Position numbers and translations under genes: made by a program. 64,000 nucleotides of DNA. Source: Myxococcales bacterium. GTDB taxonomy: Bacteria; Myxococcota_A; Polyangia; Polyangiales; DASUME01. The stretch lies in NCBI GenBank assembly GCA_047601445.1, contig JASGJH010000001.1, positions 3,648,001 through 3,712,000 on the forward strand, in the 5' to 3' direction. Of this stretch, positions 10,102 through 19,700 are shown piece after piece; position 1 is the stretch's first letter; each line of letters begins with the position of its first letter. The notes below the pieces were generated by a model. That model was not told where the DNA came from, ran no database searches, and worked only from the letters and a program-made list of their open reading frames with translations.

Positions 10102-11214
10102 ATGAATCGGGGCTCGGGAAAATGCACGGCGGCACTTTGGCTGGCCCTGAGCCTTTGCCTGCTGGGGTCCGGCTACTGCGCTCGCCTGCCTGCCCACGCC
10201 CAGGCGCGCCTGCGCGTGCTTTTGCTGGCCCCGGAGGGCAGCGCGTTCGCGCAACGTGTGCGGGGACAGGCTGGCGACCTGCCCCTGGAACTGGTGCCGA
10301 GCGAGGCGCAAGTCTCGGACACGCTGGATCCGAGCTCGCTGCTGCGCGAACAATCCGCGGACGCCGCCCTGTGGCTCGACGAGCGCGGACCCGCGGTGCC
10401 CGAGGTGCATCTCGTGGATGCCCTGGGCAAGGCCACACAAACGCGGCGTGCGGAGCTGGCGGGCTCCCACACGGAAGATAGTTCGGCGCGCTCCGAGATC
10501 GCCGCCTTGCTGGCACGGGCTGAATTGCTCGAGCTGCTCGAGTCACGTCGCGCACCCGCGCAGGAACCGTCCAAGCTGCCAGCGTCCCCCGAAGGCGCAC
10601 CCGTCGCTAAACCGGGTTCGAGCCCACCCGAGTTCGCCAGTACGCAGGCCGACGCAGAGACCTCCAGCACGTCGCAGATCTCACCTGGTTGGCACGGGGG
10701 ATTCGTGGCCGGGCTACGCATCGGGCAGCTCGACGCGGCGCGCTGGTTGCTCTCGATCGAAGTGGGCCCCCAGCTGCGCTGGCGCGCGCTCGGGCTCGGC
10801 CTTTTCTATGCAGGGAGCTTCGAAGACCAGCGTGACCTCAGCAGCGTGCGCCTCGGACTACGCACGGATCGCCTGGCCCTGAATGTGAGCGGCGTGTTCG
10901 AGCTTTTGCCGACGCTGGAGTTCTCGGCTGGAGCGGACCTCGGGGTGCTGCTGACGAAGCGCACGACCGACGCGGTCATGGGAGAGCTCGAGCGTACCCC
11001 GGCCCACCGATCAGGCAGCTTCGTGGCGGCGCCGCGGCTGAGCCTGCGCTGGTCGCCGCGCTGGTATTTGAGCTTCGGGATCAGCCTGGGTGTGGACTTC
11101 CTTACAACCTCACCGACCTACGAGGTGGTGTCGGCGGCGGGCCGTACCGAGCTCGAACGGCTGCGCTGGGCCCAACCCTGGGTCAGTTTTTGGCTCCTGG
11201 GCATCCAGCGGTGA
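10102..11214 (+). CDS. Secreted hypothetical protein with a Pro-rich linker and beta-strand-rich C-terminus
   Basis: N-terminal hydrophobic signal; alternating beta pattern in the C-terminal half; first gene of the ECF cassette. Confidence 0.6.
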   Translation: MNRGSGKCTAALWLALSLCLLGSGYCARLPAHAQARLRVLLLAPEGSAFAQRVRGQAGDLPLELVPSEAQVSDTLDPSSLLREQSADAALWLDERGPAVPEVHLVDALGKATQTRRAELAGSHTEDSSARSEIAALLARAELLELLESRRAPAQEPSKLPASPEGAPVAKPGSSPPEFASTQADAETSSTSQISPGWHGGFVAGLRIGQLDAARWLLSIEVGPQLRWRALGLGLFYAGSFEDQRDLSSVRLGLRTDRLALNVSGVFELLPTLEFSAGADLGVLLTKRTTDAVMGELERTPAHRSGSFVAAPRLSLRWSPRWYLSFGISLGVDFLTTSPTYEVVSAAGRTELERLRWAQPWVSFWLLGIQR

Positions 11215-11251
11215 CCCGATCTACTCGTGCCCGGCCACTTGGACTACGGTC

Positions 11252-11827
11252 ATGTCGCCGATGCCGGTCCGAACCGACGATTCTACCCCCAGTGCCCCGG
11301 ATCCGCGCGTCGCGCGGGCGGTGGCGGGCGATCGAGCGGCCCTCGAGCAACTCCTGATGGAGCACCTGCCCCGCATCCGCAACCTGGTGCGCTACCTGCT
11401 ACGCGGCGACAGCGAGATCGACGACGTGTCGCAGCAGGCCATGATCGAGATCATGCGCAGCCTGCCGGGCTACTCGGGAGAGGGCTCCTTCAAGGCCTGG
11501 CTGGATCGCATCACGGTGCGGGCCGCGTTCCATCACATCCGGCGGCGCAAGCTCGAGCGCAAGCACGGCGACATCGGACCGGAGCTCTTGCTGGTCACCG
11601 GCGAGGGCGAGGCGCCCGACAACTACAGCTTGCGACGCGAAGCCGTGCGCTGGCTGGACGATCTGCCAGACGAACAGCGCTACGCCGTGGTGCTGCATCA
11701 CATCCTCGGCTTCAGCGCCCCCGAGCTGGCCCAGGAGCTGAATCTCCCCCTGGAAACGGTGCGCAGCCGTCTGCGCCTCGGCATGGACAAGCTGCGGCAG
11801 CGCTTGCCCGGACAGGCCAAGTCATGA
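11252..11827 (+). CDS. ECF-family RNA polymerase sigma-70 factor
   Basis: GDRAALEQL, DDVSQQ, SFKAWLDRIT (region 2), LPDEQR..VVL..ETVRSRLR (region 4). Confidence 0.93.
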   Translation: MSPMPVRTDDSTPSAPDPRVARAVAGDRAALEQLLMEHLPRIRNLVRYLLRGDSEIDDVSQQAMIEIMRSLPGYSGEGSFKAWLDRITVRAAFHHIRRRKLERKHGDIGPELLLVTGEGEAPDNYSLRREAVRWLDDLPDEQRYAVVLHHILGFSAPELAQELNLPLETVRSRLRLGMDKLRQRLPGQAKS

Positions 11828-12672
11828 CGCACTCCGATCCCGAGCGCGACTTGGACGCCGAGCTCGAGCTGCGGCTGCGGCTCGATACCCAGGCGGGGCC
11901 CGCCCAGCGCATCAGCAAGGACCGCGCGCGCGAGTTGGTGCTCGCGGCGATGGCCAGTGCCGCGACCGCTTCTTCCGTGCCCGAGTCGGGCGCGGTGGAG
12001 AGCTCGCGTCCGAAGACCTCGGGCCGCTCGCAGGGGCGTACTCGCATGGCCATGGCAGCCGCCGCGCTGTTGGCTGCCTTCGTGTCGGGTGCAAGCGCGT
12101 CCCTTTGGATGTGGGGCCGCGAACGTCCGCGTGTCGATCCAGTCGCCCCGACTGCCGAGCCCGTGTCGCGTGTCCGTAAAGCGCCCGTGCCCAACCAACC
12201 GCCTCCGGAACCCGCGCAGGCCGAGCCCGTCGACGACGAGCCCTCTGACGTGCCCGAGAAGCCCACACGAACACGCAGACCCGAGGCCATGCCCGAGGAT
12301 TTGCTCGAGCGCGCCAACAGCCTGCGCGCCGAGGGCGCCTTCCCGGCAGCGCGCGATGCCTATTCGCAGGTGGTACGACGCTATCCGAGCAGCCTCTCGG
12401 CCTACGCAGCGCAAGTGGCGGCAGGGTCCCTCGAGCTCGAACATCTGGGCCAGCCCGAGCAGGCACGCCGGCTGTTCGAACGTGCGCTGGCGAGTCGCCC
12501 GAGCGGCGCGCTTTCCCTGGAGATCTATCAAGGGCTCGCGGCCAGCTACGCTGCGCTCGGGCGCCCGCAGGACGAGCGACGCATCCTGACGCGCCTGGTG
12601 GAGTCCTATCCACGAGCCCATGCGGCGACGCGCGCGCGCGCTCGACTCCAGGAACTCGCCCCCGCTCCCTGA
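11824..12672 (+). CDS. Putative anti-sigma factor: TM helix, Pro-rich linker, TPR-like domain
   Basis: ATGA overlap with the sigma gene; TM AAAALLAAFVSGASA; TPR-like helices (LLERANSLR, Y..VVRRYP). Confidence 0.75.
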   Translation: MTHSDPERDLDAELELRLRLDTQAGPAQRISKDRARELVLAAMASAATASSVPESGAVESSRPKTSGRSQGRTRMAMAAAALLAAFVSGASASLWMWGRERPRVDPVAPTAEPVSRVRKAPVPNQPPPEPAQAEPVDDEPSDVPEKPTRTRRPEAMPEDLLERANSLRAEGAFPAARDAYSQVVRRYPSSLSAYAAQVAAGSLELEHLGQPEQARRLFERALASRPSGALSLEIYQGLAASYAALGRPQDERRILTRLVESYPRAHAATRARARLQELAPAP

Positions 12673-13721
12673 TGGCCCTGATGTCGCGCCCCATCACAGC
12701 TTGGTTGGGCTCGCTCGTCGCGCTCTCGGGCTGCGTTCAGTCGGACGTGGTGGCCCGCGAACGCATCAGCGCCGGATGCCTCGACGAGGACTGCAGCTGT
12801 CGCGCCACCCTTTGCCCCGACGCTCACGCCGCTCGCGACATGTTCTGCGCGAGCAGCGGCTTCGTGGGCCTGAGCGGCGACTCCTGTGAACCGAACCAGC
12901 TCACAGCCCGCGCGCACCGTTATGCGCTGTGCAGCTGCAGCGACTACACGGCCGGCGGTAGCCTGCACGTGGACGCCTTTCGCGGTTCGCCCACCGACAC
13001 GCTCACCAACGCAGGCGACGTGGGCGTGAATGGAGACTTCAACGCGGGTGCCGACGTGAGCATCGGCGGTGCCTTGCGGCTATCCGGCCAGGTCACGAGC
13101 GAGGCGAGTCAGCCACTCAGCACCGGTGCAGGTGTCGAGCAAAGCCCCACGCCTCCCTGCGACTGCGCCGATCCCGATCAGCTCGCCATGCCCGATCTCG
13201 TCTCCCAGGTTCGCGCCGACAACGACAACCAAAGCATCGGCCTGGCGGTCCGGCAGCTCGACGGCGTGTCGAACCCGGCACCGTTGACGTTGCCCTGCGG
13301 ACGCTACTTCCTATCGCGCATCGCCTCGCCCGATCCGGTTCGCATTCACGTAACGGGACGCGCCCTACTGGTGGTGGAGTCCAACATCGAACTCGATTCA
13401 TCGTTCGAAATCGAGGTGGACCCAGGGGCAAGCATCGAGCTCTTCATCGCTGGCACCATGCGCGTAAACGGCGAGCTGACGCTCGGTGATGTCGCGCGAG
13501 GCGAGAGCTCACTGCGCCTGCACCTTGCGGGCGAAGGAAGCTTGAACTTGCAGGGCAACGCCACCATCGCGGGCGTGCTCGATGCCCCGCGCGCGGAGTT
13601 GGTCACCGGGCAGGCGCTCACCGTGTACGGTGCGCTGCTGGTGCGACGGGCAGCGCCGGAGGCCAACCTGGTGGTGCACTACGATGCGGCGCTAGCGAGC
13701 GCGGGTGGGTGCGGGGAGTGA
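12672..13721 (+). CDS. Cys-rich lipoprotein with a beta-helix-like region
   Basis: LSGC lipobox; multiple Cys; YALCSC, LPCGRYFL, G.LDAPRA motifs. Confidence 0.7.
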   Translation: MALMSRPITAWLGSLVALSGCVQSDVVARERISAGCLDEDCSCRATLCPDAHAARDMFCASSGFVGLSGDSCEPNQLTARAHRYALCSCSDYTAGGSLHVDAFRGSPTDTLTNAGDVGVNGDFNAGADVSIGGALRLSGQVTSEASQPLSTGAGVEQSPTPPCDCADPDQLAMPDLVSQVRADNDNQSIGLAVRQLDGVSNPAPLTLPCGRYFLSRIASPDPVRIHVTGRALLVVESNIELDSSFEIEVDPGASIELFIAGTMRVNGELTLGDVARGESSLRLHLAGEGSLNLQGNATIAGVLDAPRAELVTGQALTVYGALLVRRAAPEANLVVHYDAALASAGGCGE

Positions 13722-14111
13722 GGTTTGGGCCGAGCTTGCACTGGTCCCAAAAGGACGGCGACCTCATGCGGTTGCAAGGAAAACCTTCTCCGCTGGCCAC
13801 GCCCCATGCGACGCTCTTTCCCAGGCCGTAGCCAACCGCCGACCCCCACCCAGTTCGCCCACGAAGTGCTTCTTACGGCCTGCCAGGACGCCTCGAGCTC
13901 CCGCCTTGCGGCATCAACTTTCATTGACCCCACGCTTTCTCCTACGGAACACAGCGCATGAAAGAGCGCTTCGGGAGTGCGGCAGAACCGTGCGGCCCGG
14001 TCGCTCAGCGCAGCATGGCCATCGACCTGACGAAGGTGGTGGCCATGCTGCAGGGCAAGCTCGGCAGTCCGGCTTCCCGGTGCTCTCTGCAAGCCCCGGC
14101 CCGCTACGCGC

Positions 14112-14918
14112 TCAACCCTGGTAATACACCGCGAAGAAGGCCCCCTGCGGGTCCATACACTGCGCGATCTTGCCGTTGCCAGGCACGTCCATGGGCCCGT
14201 TGAGGACCTTGCCGCCGGACTCCTTGACGATGGCCAGCGTCTTGTCGATGTCGGCCACGTCCACGTAGAACATCCAGTGCGCCGGGGCTTTCATCATGGT
14301 GGCCGCGTTGGACATGCCGCCCATGGACTTGTCGCCGCCATCGCGGTGCGTGAACATGAAGTAGGTGCCGAGTCCCTCCATGTCCATGGCGGTGGTGGGC
14401 TTCCAGTCGCAGAGCGCAGCGTAGAACTTCCAGGCGCCTTCCCAATCCGTGGTGTTCAGCTCGGCCCACGAGACATTACCCGGCGTACCCGGCGCGGGGC
14501 TCTCCATGGACGAGCCGGCCTTGGGCGTGAACAGCGCGAAGACTGCTCCCTGCGGATCGGCCAGCACCGAGAAGCGCCCCACCTCGGGGATGTCCATCGG
14601 CGGATGCAGCAGCTTGCCGCCCAGCTTCTCCGCCTGCTTGGTCGACGCGTCCACGTCCTTGCAACCGACGTAGCCGAGCCAGTGCGGCGGCGCCCCCGCG
14701 CTCGCTGCTTCCGGCGGCAACCGCATCAGTCCGCCAATCGGCGTGCTCTTCACGGTCCACATCGTGTAGGGCTGGCTGCTGCCCTCCCAGGCCTGCGTGC
14801 CCCATCCGAGCACCTTGCTGTAAAAGGCCTTGGCTCCGCCTTCGTCGGTGGTCATCAAGTCGTACCAGACGAATCGCGGCGCATTCGTGCCTGCACCAGC
14901 TGCCTTGTCGTTGCTCAT
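14112..14918 (-). CDS. VOC/glyoxalase family protein (two domains)
   Basis: FVWYDLMTTD...FY.KVLGW and P.DIPEVGRF....DPQGA.F repeated twice. Confidence 0.93.
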   Translation of the reverse strand: MSNDKAAGAGTNAPRFVWYDLMTTDEGGAKAFYSKVLGWGTQAWEGSSQPYTMWTVKSTPIGGLMRLPPEAASAGAPPHWLGYVGCKDVDASTKQAEKLGGKLLHPPMDIPEVGRFSVLADPQGAVFALFTPKAGSSMESPAPGTPGNVSWAELNTTDWEGAWKFYAALCDWKPTTAMDMEGLGTYFMFTHRDGGDKSMGGMSNAATMMKAPAHWMFYVDVADIDKTLAIVKESGGKVLNGPMDVPGNGKIAQCMDPQGAFFAVYYQG

Positions 14919-17200
14919 GCTTGGCTCTTTCTGGGCTCTGGATGTCCCTGCTCGAGTTCCTCGGGAGCACGCTCATCCACTCCCAGCGAGTGCGCTTGCC
15001 ACCACCGTGACAGCCAGCGCGGTGCCCACCAGTTGTAGTGCCCCAAGAGCTGCATCGTAGCCGGGACCAGCAGGGCTCGCACGATGGTCGCGTCGATGAT
15101 GACGGCGATCGCCATGCCGACCCCAAGTTCCTTCACCAACAGCATGTCCGCGCTGATGAAACCCACCATGACCGCCACCAAGAGCAGCGCTGCGCGGGTA
15201 ATGATTTGTCCTGTCTGCTCGACGCCCTGGCTGACGCTGGACTTGGTGTCACGGGTGCGATCGTAGGCCTCACGGATGCGACTCAGCAGAAAGAGCTCGT
15301 AGTCCATGGCCAACCCGAACACCACGGCGAACATCACCACGGGAATGGTCAGCTCGATGTTGCCAGGCGAGCGGAAATCGAGCACGGACTCGAGTCTTCC
15401 CTCCTGGAAGATCCAGACCAGGGCGCCGAAGCTCGCCGTCAGCGACAGCACGTTCATGATGATGGCCTTGATGGGCATCACGACCGAGCCGAAGGCCAAG
15501 AAGAGCACCACGAACGTCGCCAGGCAGATGATGGCCAGGGCCCGCGGAAAGTGTCTCGCCAGCGTGGCCCGCAAGTCGGTCAGTCGCGCCGCCTGCCCGG
15601 CCACCATGGCCCGCATACCGGGTTGCTTGGCTTCACGAATTTGCCGCACTAACTCGGACGCTTGTTTGCTCTCCGGCGGCACGTCGGTGGCCACGCGCAC
15701 GGCGGCATCCTTGCCGCGCACGAGGGGCGTGAGGCGCGCGCGCAGCGTGGTGCCCATGGGACTGGCCAGCGCCACGCCGAGCTGCTCGGCCGTGCGACCC
15801 GCCGCCTTTCCCACCACCGCATCGACGCGTGTGACGTGGGGCAAGGCCTCGAGCTTCTGCACGTAGGCCTCGAGCGTGCGCAGGCCATCCTCGCTCAACA
15901 CCTCTCGGTCGGTGGTGACGAAGATCTCCATCGGGTTGCTGGCGCTGCTGGGGAAATCCTTGGACTGCATCAGCTCCGCGATCTGACGTGCCTCGGCCTC
16001 GGCGGGCAACACCGCAGCCCCGCTGACCGCGGCTTCGATGCGCAGGAACGGCAGGCCCAGCACGACCAACAACGCCGTCACGCCCAGGGTCACCGTCACG
16101 GGCGCGCGCATGACGGCGTCTGCGACGCGATGGAAATAGCCCCGCGAGTGGTGCCCGGCGCGCTTGCGCCCAAAGCTCAGCCAATCGATGCGCGGCCCGA
16201 GCAGCGCCAGCATCGTGGGTAGCAAGACCAGAGCGCCCAGCAGCGACATCAGCACCACCAGGCTTCCGGCCAGGCCAACGCTGCGCAAGAGCGGCAACGG
16301 AAAGACCAGGAGTGCGAGCAGGCTCACCGCCACTGCGCCGCCGGAGTAGCCCACCGTGCGGCCCGCCGTGCGCAGGGTATGCACCAGCGCCTTCTCGGTG
16401 GGAAAGCCCGCGTCGAGCTCGTCGCGAAAGCGACTGGCGATGAACAGCGAGTAGTCGATGGCCACGCCGAGCCCCACGAAGGTCACGATGTTCATGGCGA
16501 ACACGGAGACCTCCATGGCGTGCGTCAACAGCCGCACGCAGGCCAGGGCGAGCACCACGGAGAACGCGCCCACCACCAGCGGCAAGCTCGCCACCACCAC
16601 TCCTCGAAAGAACACCACCAACAGGATGGCCAGCAGCGGCAGCGTGATGAGCTCGGCGCGCACTAGATCGGTCTCGGCCGCGTGCTGCGCCTCGCGCGAC
16701 GCTGGGATGCTGCCGCCGACGATGGTGTTCAAGCCCTGGATGCGCAGCTGTGGCTCGACGAGCTTGTACGTGTCCTGAACCTTGCGCCCGGTGCCAGCCA
16801 GCCGGATCGTAGAGACCACTTTGCGGCCGTCCGCCGAAACGAGTGCGTCGGGGGCGGGACCATAAGGCGTGCCCACGCGCTGAACTCCGGGAATCTCTCG
16901 CATGCGCTCGAGCGCGGGTGCCAGGACTCGCTTGAATGCAGGATCATGGACCTCGAGCTTCTCTGGATGCGAGTAGGCCACCACGATGTCCGGCGTGCCC
17001 AGGCCGAAGCGTTCGTCGAGCTTCAGGTCGGCGCGCGCGGACTCGGCGTTGGGGTCGTCGAACCCGCTCGCCACGAGGTCGTGGGCTACGCCGCGCCCGT
17101 AAGCGAGCGCTGCGAGGAACAACACCAGGAAGGCCGCCAGGAGTGGACCTCGCGAGCGATGAGTGAAACGCGCGACCGGTTCGAGCAAGCTCATGTCCAT
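14915..17200 (-). CDS. MMPL (RND-type) family transporter
   Basis: G.AIDYSLF..SRFRDEL, GLAMDYELFLLSRIRE, DATIVR.LLVPA...LG..NWW. Confidence 0.92.
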   Translation of the reverse strand: MDMSLLEPVARFTHRSRGPLLAAFLVLFLAALAYGRGVAHDLVASGFDDPNAESARADLKLDERFGLGTPDIVVAYSHPEKLEVHDPAFKRVLAPALERMREIPGVQRVGTPYGPAPDALVSADGRKVVSTIRLAGTGRKVQDTYKLVEPQLRIQGLNTIVGGSIPASREAQHAAETDLVRAELITLPLLAILLVVFFRGVVVASLPLVVGAFSVVLALACVRLLTHAMEVSVFAMNIVTFVGLGVAIDYSLFIASRFRDELDAGFPTEKALVHTLRTAGRTVGYSGGAVAVSLLALLVFPLPLLRSVGLAGSLVVLMSLLGALVLLPTMLALLGPRIDWLSFGRKRAGHHSRGYFHRVADAVMRAPVTVTLGVTALLVVLGLPFLRIEAAVSGAAVLPAEAEARQIAELMQSKDFPSSASNPMEIFVTTDREVLSEDGLRTLEAYVQKLEALPHVTRVDAVVGKAAGRTAEQLGVALASPMGTTLRARLTPLVRGKDAAVRVATDVPPESKQASELVRQIREAKQPGMRAMVAGQAARLTDLRATLARHFPRALAIICLATFVVLFLAFGSVVMPIKAIIMNVLSLTASFGALVWIFQEGRLESVLDFRSPGNIELTIPVVMFAVVFGLAMDYELFLLSRIREAYDRTRDTKSSVSQGVEQTGQIITRAALLLVAVMVGFISADMLLVKELGVGMAIAVIIDATIVRALLVPATMQLLGHYNWWAPRWLSRWWQAHSLGVDERAPEELEQGHPEPRKSQA

Positions 17201-17429
17201 GGACCAGGGCAAGCCGCGTGCCGAGGCGGGAGCTATCCAGCGTTCGCTTCCACGGGCTCGACGCAGCGGAAATCCAGGGAAAACTACGGCCCGAAACAAA
17301 TGCGCGGCCAGGCCCTCCCCGCGGAGAAGCGGGACACGGGGGCAGAATGTCCCAGTCCGCACAGGCGAGCCACAGAACTGGAGCGCTCGGAACAGGACAC
17401 GGCTGCACGAAACGGATAGCCTTGAACTC

Positions 17430-18005
17430 ATGCAGCGCCCGCTCGACCCCGCCACGCTCCGCATCGACGTGCCCCACTGGATCGACGAGTTGGTCGCCGC
17501 GCAGCGCGGGTCGCTCACGACGCCCGAGGCACGCATGGACCTGGCCATCGCTCTCTCCCGCGGCAGCGTGGAGCATGGTGGTAGTCCCTTCGGGGCCGTG
17601 GTGTGCGCGGGTGACCAGGTCATCGCTGGCGGTGCCAACCTGGTGTTGAGCAGTGGCTTCTCGCTTGCGCACGCGGAGATCGTCACATTGTTGCGGGCGC
17701 AGCAGGTGCTCGCCACGGGCGTCGACTTTCCTCGCCCCTATACGCTCTACACCAGCGCCGAGCCGTGCTGTCAGTGCTTCGGCGCCTTCGTGTGGTCCGG
17801 CATCGATGAACTCGTGTGCGGCGCTACCACCGCGGACGTCGAGCGCATCGGCTTCGACGAAGGGCCCAAGCCCTCACAATGGGATCGCGTGCTCGAGGCC
17901 AAGGGCTTCAAGGTCGTGCAAGAGATGCAGCGCGCGCAGGCGGTGACGGTGCTCGAGCTGTACCGCGCCCGCGGCGGCGCCCTCTACGGTCCCTGCGAGC
18001 GCTGA
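17430..18005 (+). CDS. Zn-dependent nucleoside/nucleotide deaminase
   Basis: PFGAVV, HAE, LYTSAEPCCQC motifs, GFDEGPKP. Confidence 0.9.
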   Translation: MQRPLDPATLRIDVPHWIDELVAAQRGSLTTPEARMDLAIALSRGSVEHGGSPFGAVVCAGDQVIAGGANLVLSSGFSLAHAEIVTLLRAQQVLATGVDFPRPYTLYTSAEPCCQCFGAFVWSGIDELVCGATTADVERIGFDEGPKPSQWDRVLEAKGFKVVQEMQRAQAVTVLELYRARGGALYGPCER

Positions 18006-18015
18006 GCTCGATGCG

Positions 18016-18780
18016 CTAGCCCCAGCGCCTCCGATCCATCCCGAGGTGCTTGGGCCGCCAGTGATGGGCCTGATGTTCGGCCAGGTAATCGGGACGTGCG
18101 AACAACTTCACGAAGACGAGCCCCGCGATGAAGCCGCCGATGTGGGCCCAGAAGGCCACGCCGCTCTCCGCGCCGCCGAGGCCGCCGAAGATCTGCAAGA
18201 GCATCCAGTAACCGAGCATCACCCAGGCCGGCAACGCGAACGACGTGATGAAGAAGCCGAGCGGCACCAGCGTGTACACGCGCACGTGGGGGAAGAGAAT
18301 GATGTACGCCCCCATCACGCCGCTGATGGCGCCCGACGCGCCCACCATCGGCACGGTAGACGCCGGCTGGGCCAGCACCTGCGCCAACGCGGCCGCCAAG
18401 CCACACAGCAAGTAGAACATCACGAAGCGCAGGCGCCCCATGGAGTCCTCCACGTTGTTCCCGAACAGCCAGAGGAACCACATGTTGCCGAGGATGTGCA
18501 TCCAGCTGCCGTGCAGGAACATCGAGTAGAGGATGTGTTCGGGCGCCCGTCCCGGATCGACCAGGCACATCAGGCCAGGACCGATGGGATTGCCGGTACC
18601 CGGCTCGGCCAGCAGCGTGAGCTCGCCGGGGATCAAGCCGAGGTTGCATACCGAAGCGGGGAGCGCATCCCCGGCGCCGCCCCCCTGTACCAGGAACCAG
18701 ACCAGCGCGTTGAGGGCGATGAGGGCCAGGGTCACGATGGGCGTGCGGATGGTCTCGTTCTCGTCGCGGTAGGGGATCAC
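18016..18780 (-). CDS. Rhomboid-family intramembrane serine protease
   Basis: MFLHGSWMHILGNM, GASGAISG, AFWAHIGGF. Confidence 0.95.
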   Translation of the reverse strand: MIPYRDENETIRTPIVTLALIALNALVWFLVQGGGAGDALPASVCNLGLIPGELTLLAEPGTGNPIGPGLMCLVDPGRAPEHILYSMFLHGSWMHILGNMWFLWLFGNNVEDSMGRLRFVMFYLLCGLAAALAQVLAQPASTVPMVGASGAISGVMGAYIILFPHVRVYTLVPLGFFITSFALPAWVMLGYWMLLQIFGGLGGAESGVAFWAHIGGFIAGLVFVKLFARPDYLAEHQAHHWRPKHLGMDRRRWG

Positions 18781-18897
18781 GCGCTCACCTTAGTGGATCG
18801 GGGCCCGGTAGCCAGGCCTGTTCAACGCGCCAAACGCTGAGCTTTCATTCATTATTCCAATCGGTTACAAGGTGGCTTCGACTTTTTTTGCGAGCCT

Positions 18898-18924
18898 TGT
18901 CGATCGCGACTGGGCTCGGACGTC
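18898..18924 (+). promoter_or_regulatory. ECF42-type promoter upstream of the DGPF/YciI gene
   Basis: TGTCGA-N17-CGTC, matching the TGTCGA/CG(A/T)C consensus known for ECF42 targets, which are DGPF proteins. Confidence 0.55.
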
Positions 18925-18971
18925 GTGTCGCTGAAGACACGGACTCAAGCCCAAGGAAACGGAGCACGACG

Positions 18972-19691
18972 ATGAAGTTCATGGTGATGCACAAGACGAC
19001 CCCCGACATCGAAGCCGGCATCATGCCCCCCGAGAGCCTGATCAAGGAAGTCGGGCAGCTGGTGGGGAAGGCGCGCGAAGAAGGCAGGCTCGTGGATGGC
19101 GCCGGGCTGCGTCCGAGCTCCACCCGCGTGCGCGTGACCTTCAAGGATGGCAAGCGCACCGTGAAGCACGGCCCCTACAAGGGCGACAACGAGTTGATCG
19201 CTGGCTTCAGCATGCTCAAGGTGAACTCGATGGACGAGGCCATCGAGGTGGCGGAGCACTTTGCCAAGATCGTCGGCGACGTGGAGATCGAGATTGGTCC
19301 GGTCACCGAGCCCTGGGATCTCGGCATGATGCCCAAGCCGGCCGACGCGCCCCTGCGCGTGCTCGCCATGCACAAGGCGGACAAGAAGTCCGAAGCGGGC
19401 GTGCCCCCGAGCCCGCAGCTGATGGAGAACATGGGCAAGCTGATCGAGCAGATGGTGAAGTCGGGCGTGTTCCTCGGCGGCCAGGGCCTGGCTCCCAGCG
19501 CGAAGAGCACGCGCATCCTCTCGAAGGAAGGCAAGCACACCGTGATCGACGGCCCCTTCGCGGAGTCCAAGGAGCTGGTCTCGGGTTACATGATCATGGA
19601 GTTCGACACCAAGGCCGAAGCCGTCGCGTTCGGCGAGCGCTACATCGACGTGGTGCACGCCACCGAAGTCGACGTGCGCGAAGTCATGTGA
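18972..19691 (+). CDS. YciI/DGPF-domain protein (tandem domains)
   Basis: GLRPSS.RV..HGPY..NELIAGF and DGPFAESKELVSGY; RBS GGAG. Confidence 0.9.
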   Translation: MKFMVMHKTTPDIEAGIMPPESLIKEVGQLVGKAREEGRLVDGAGLRPSSTRVRVTFKDGKRTVKHGPYKGDNELIAGFSMLKVNSMDEAIEVAEHFAKIVGDVEIEIGPVTEPWDLGMMPKPADAPLRVLAMHKADKKSEAGVPPSPQLMENMGKLIEQMVKSGVFLGGQGLAPSAKSTRILSKEGKHTVIDGPFAESKELVSGYMIMEFDTKAEAVAFGERYIDVVHATEVDVREVM

Positions 19692-19700
19692 CGTGACCGC

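Noticed and set aside
13722..14111. Short ORF (MAIDLTKVVAMLQGKLG) and a near-sigma54 motif in the intergenic gap
   Set aside because: No recognisable family, ORF runs into the convergent gene, and the GG-GC spacing is 11 rather than 10
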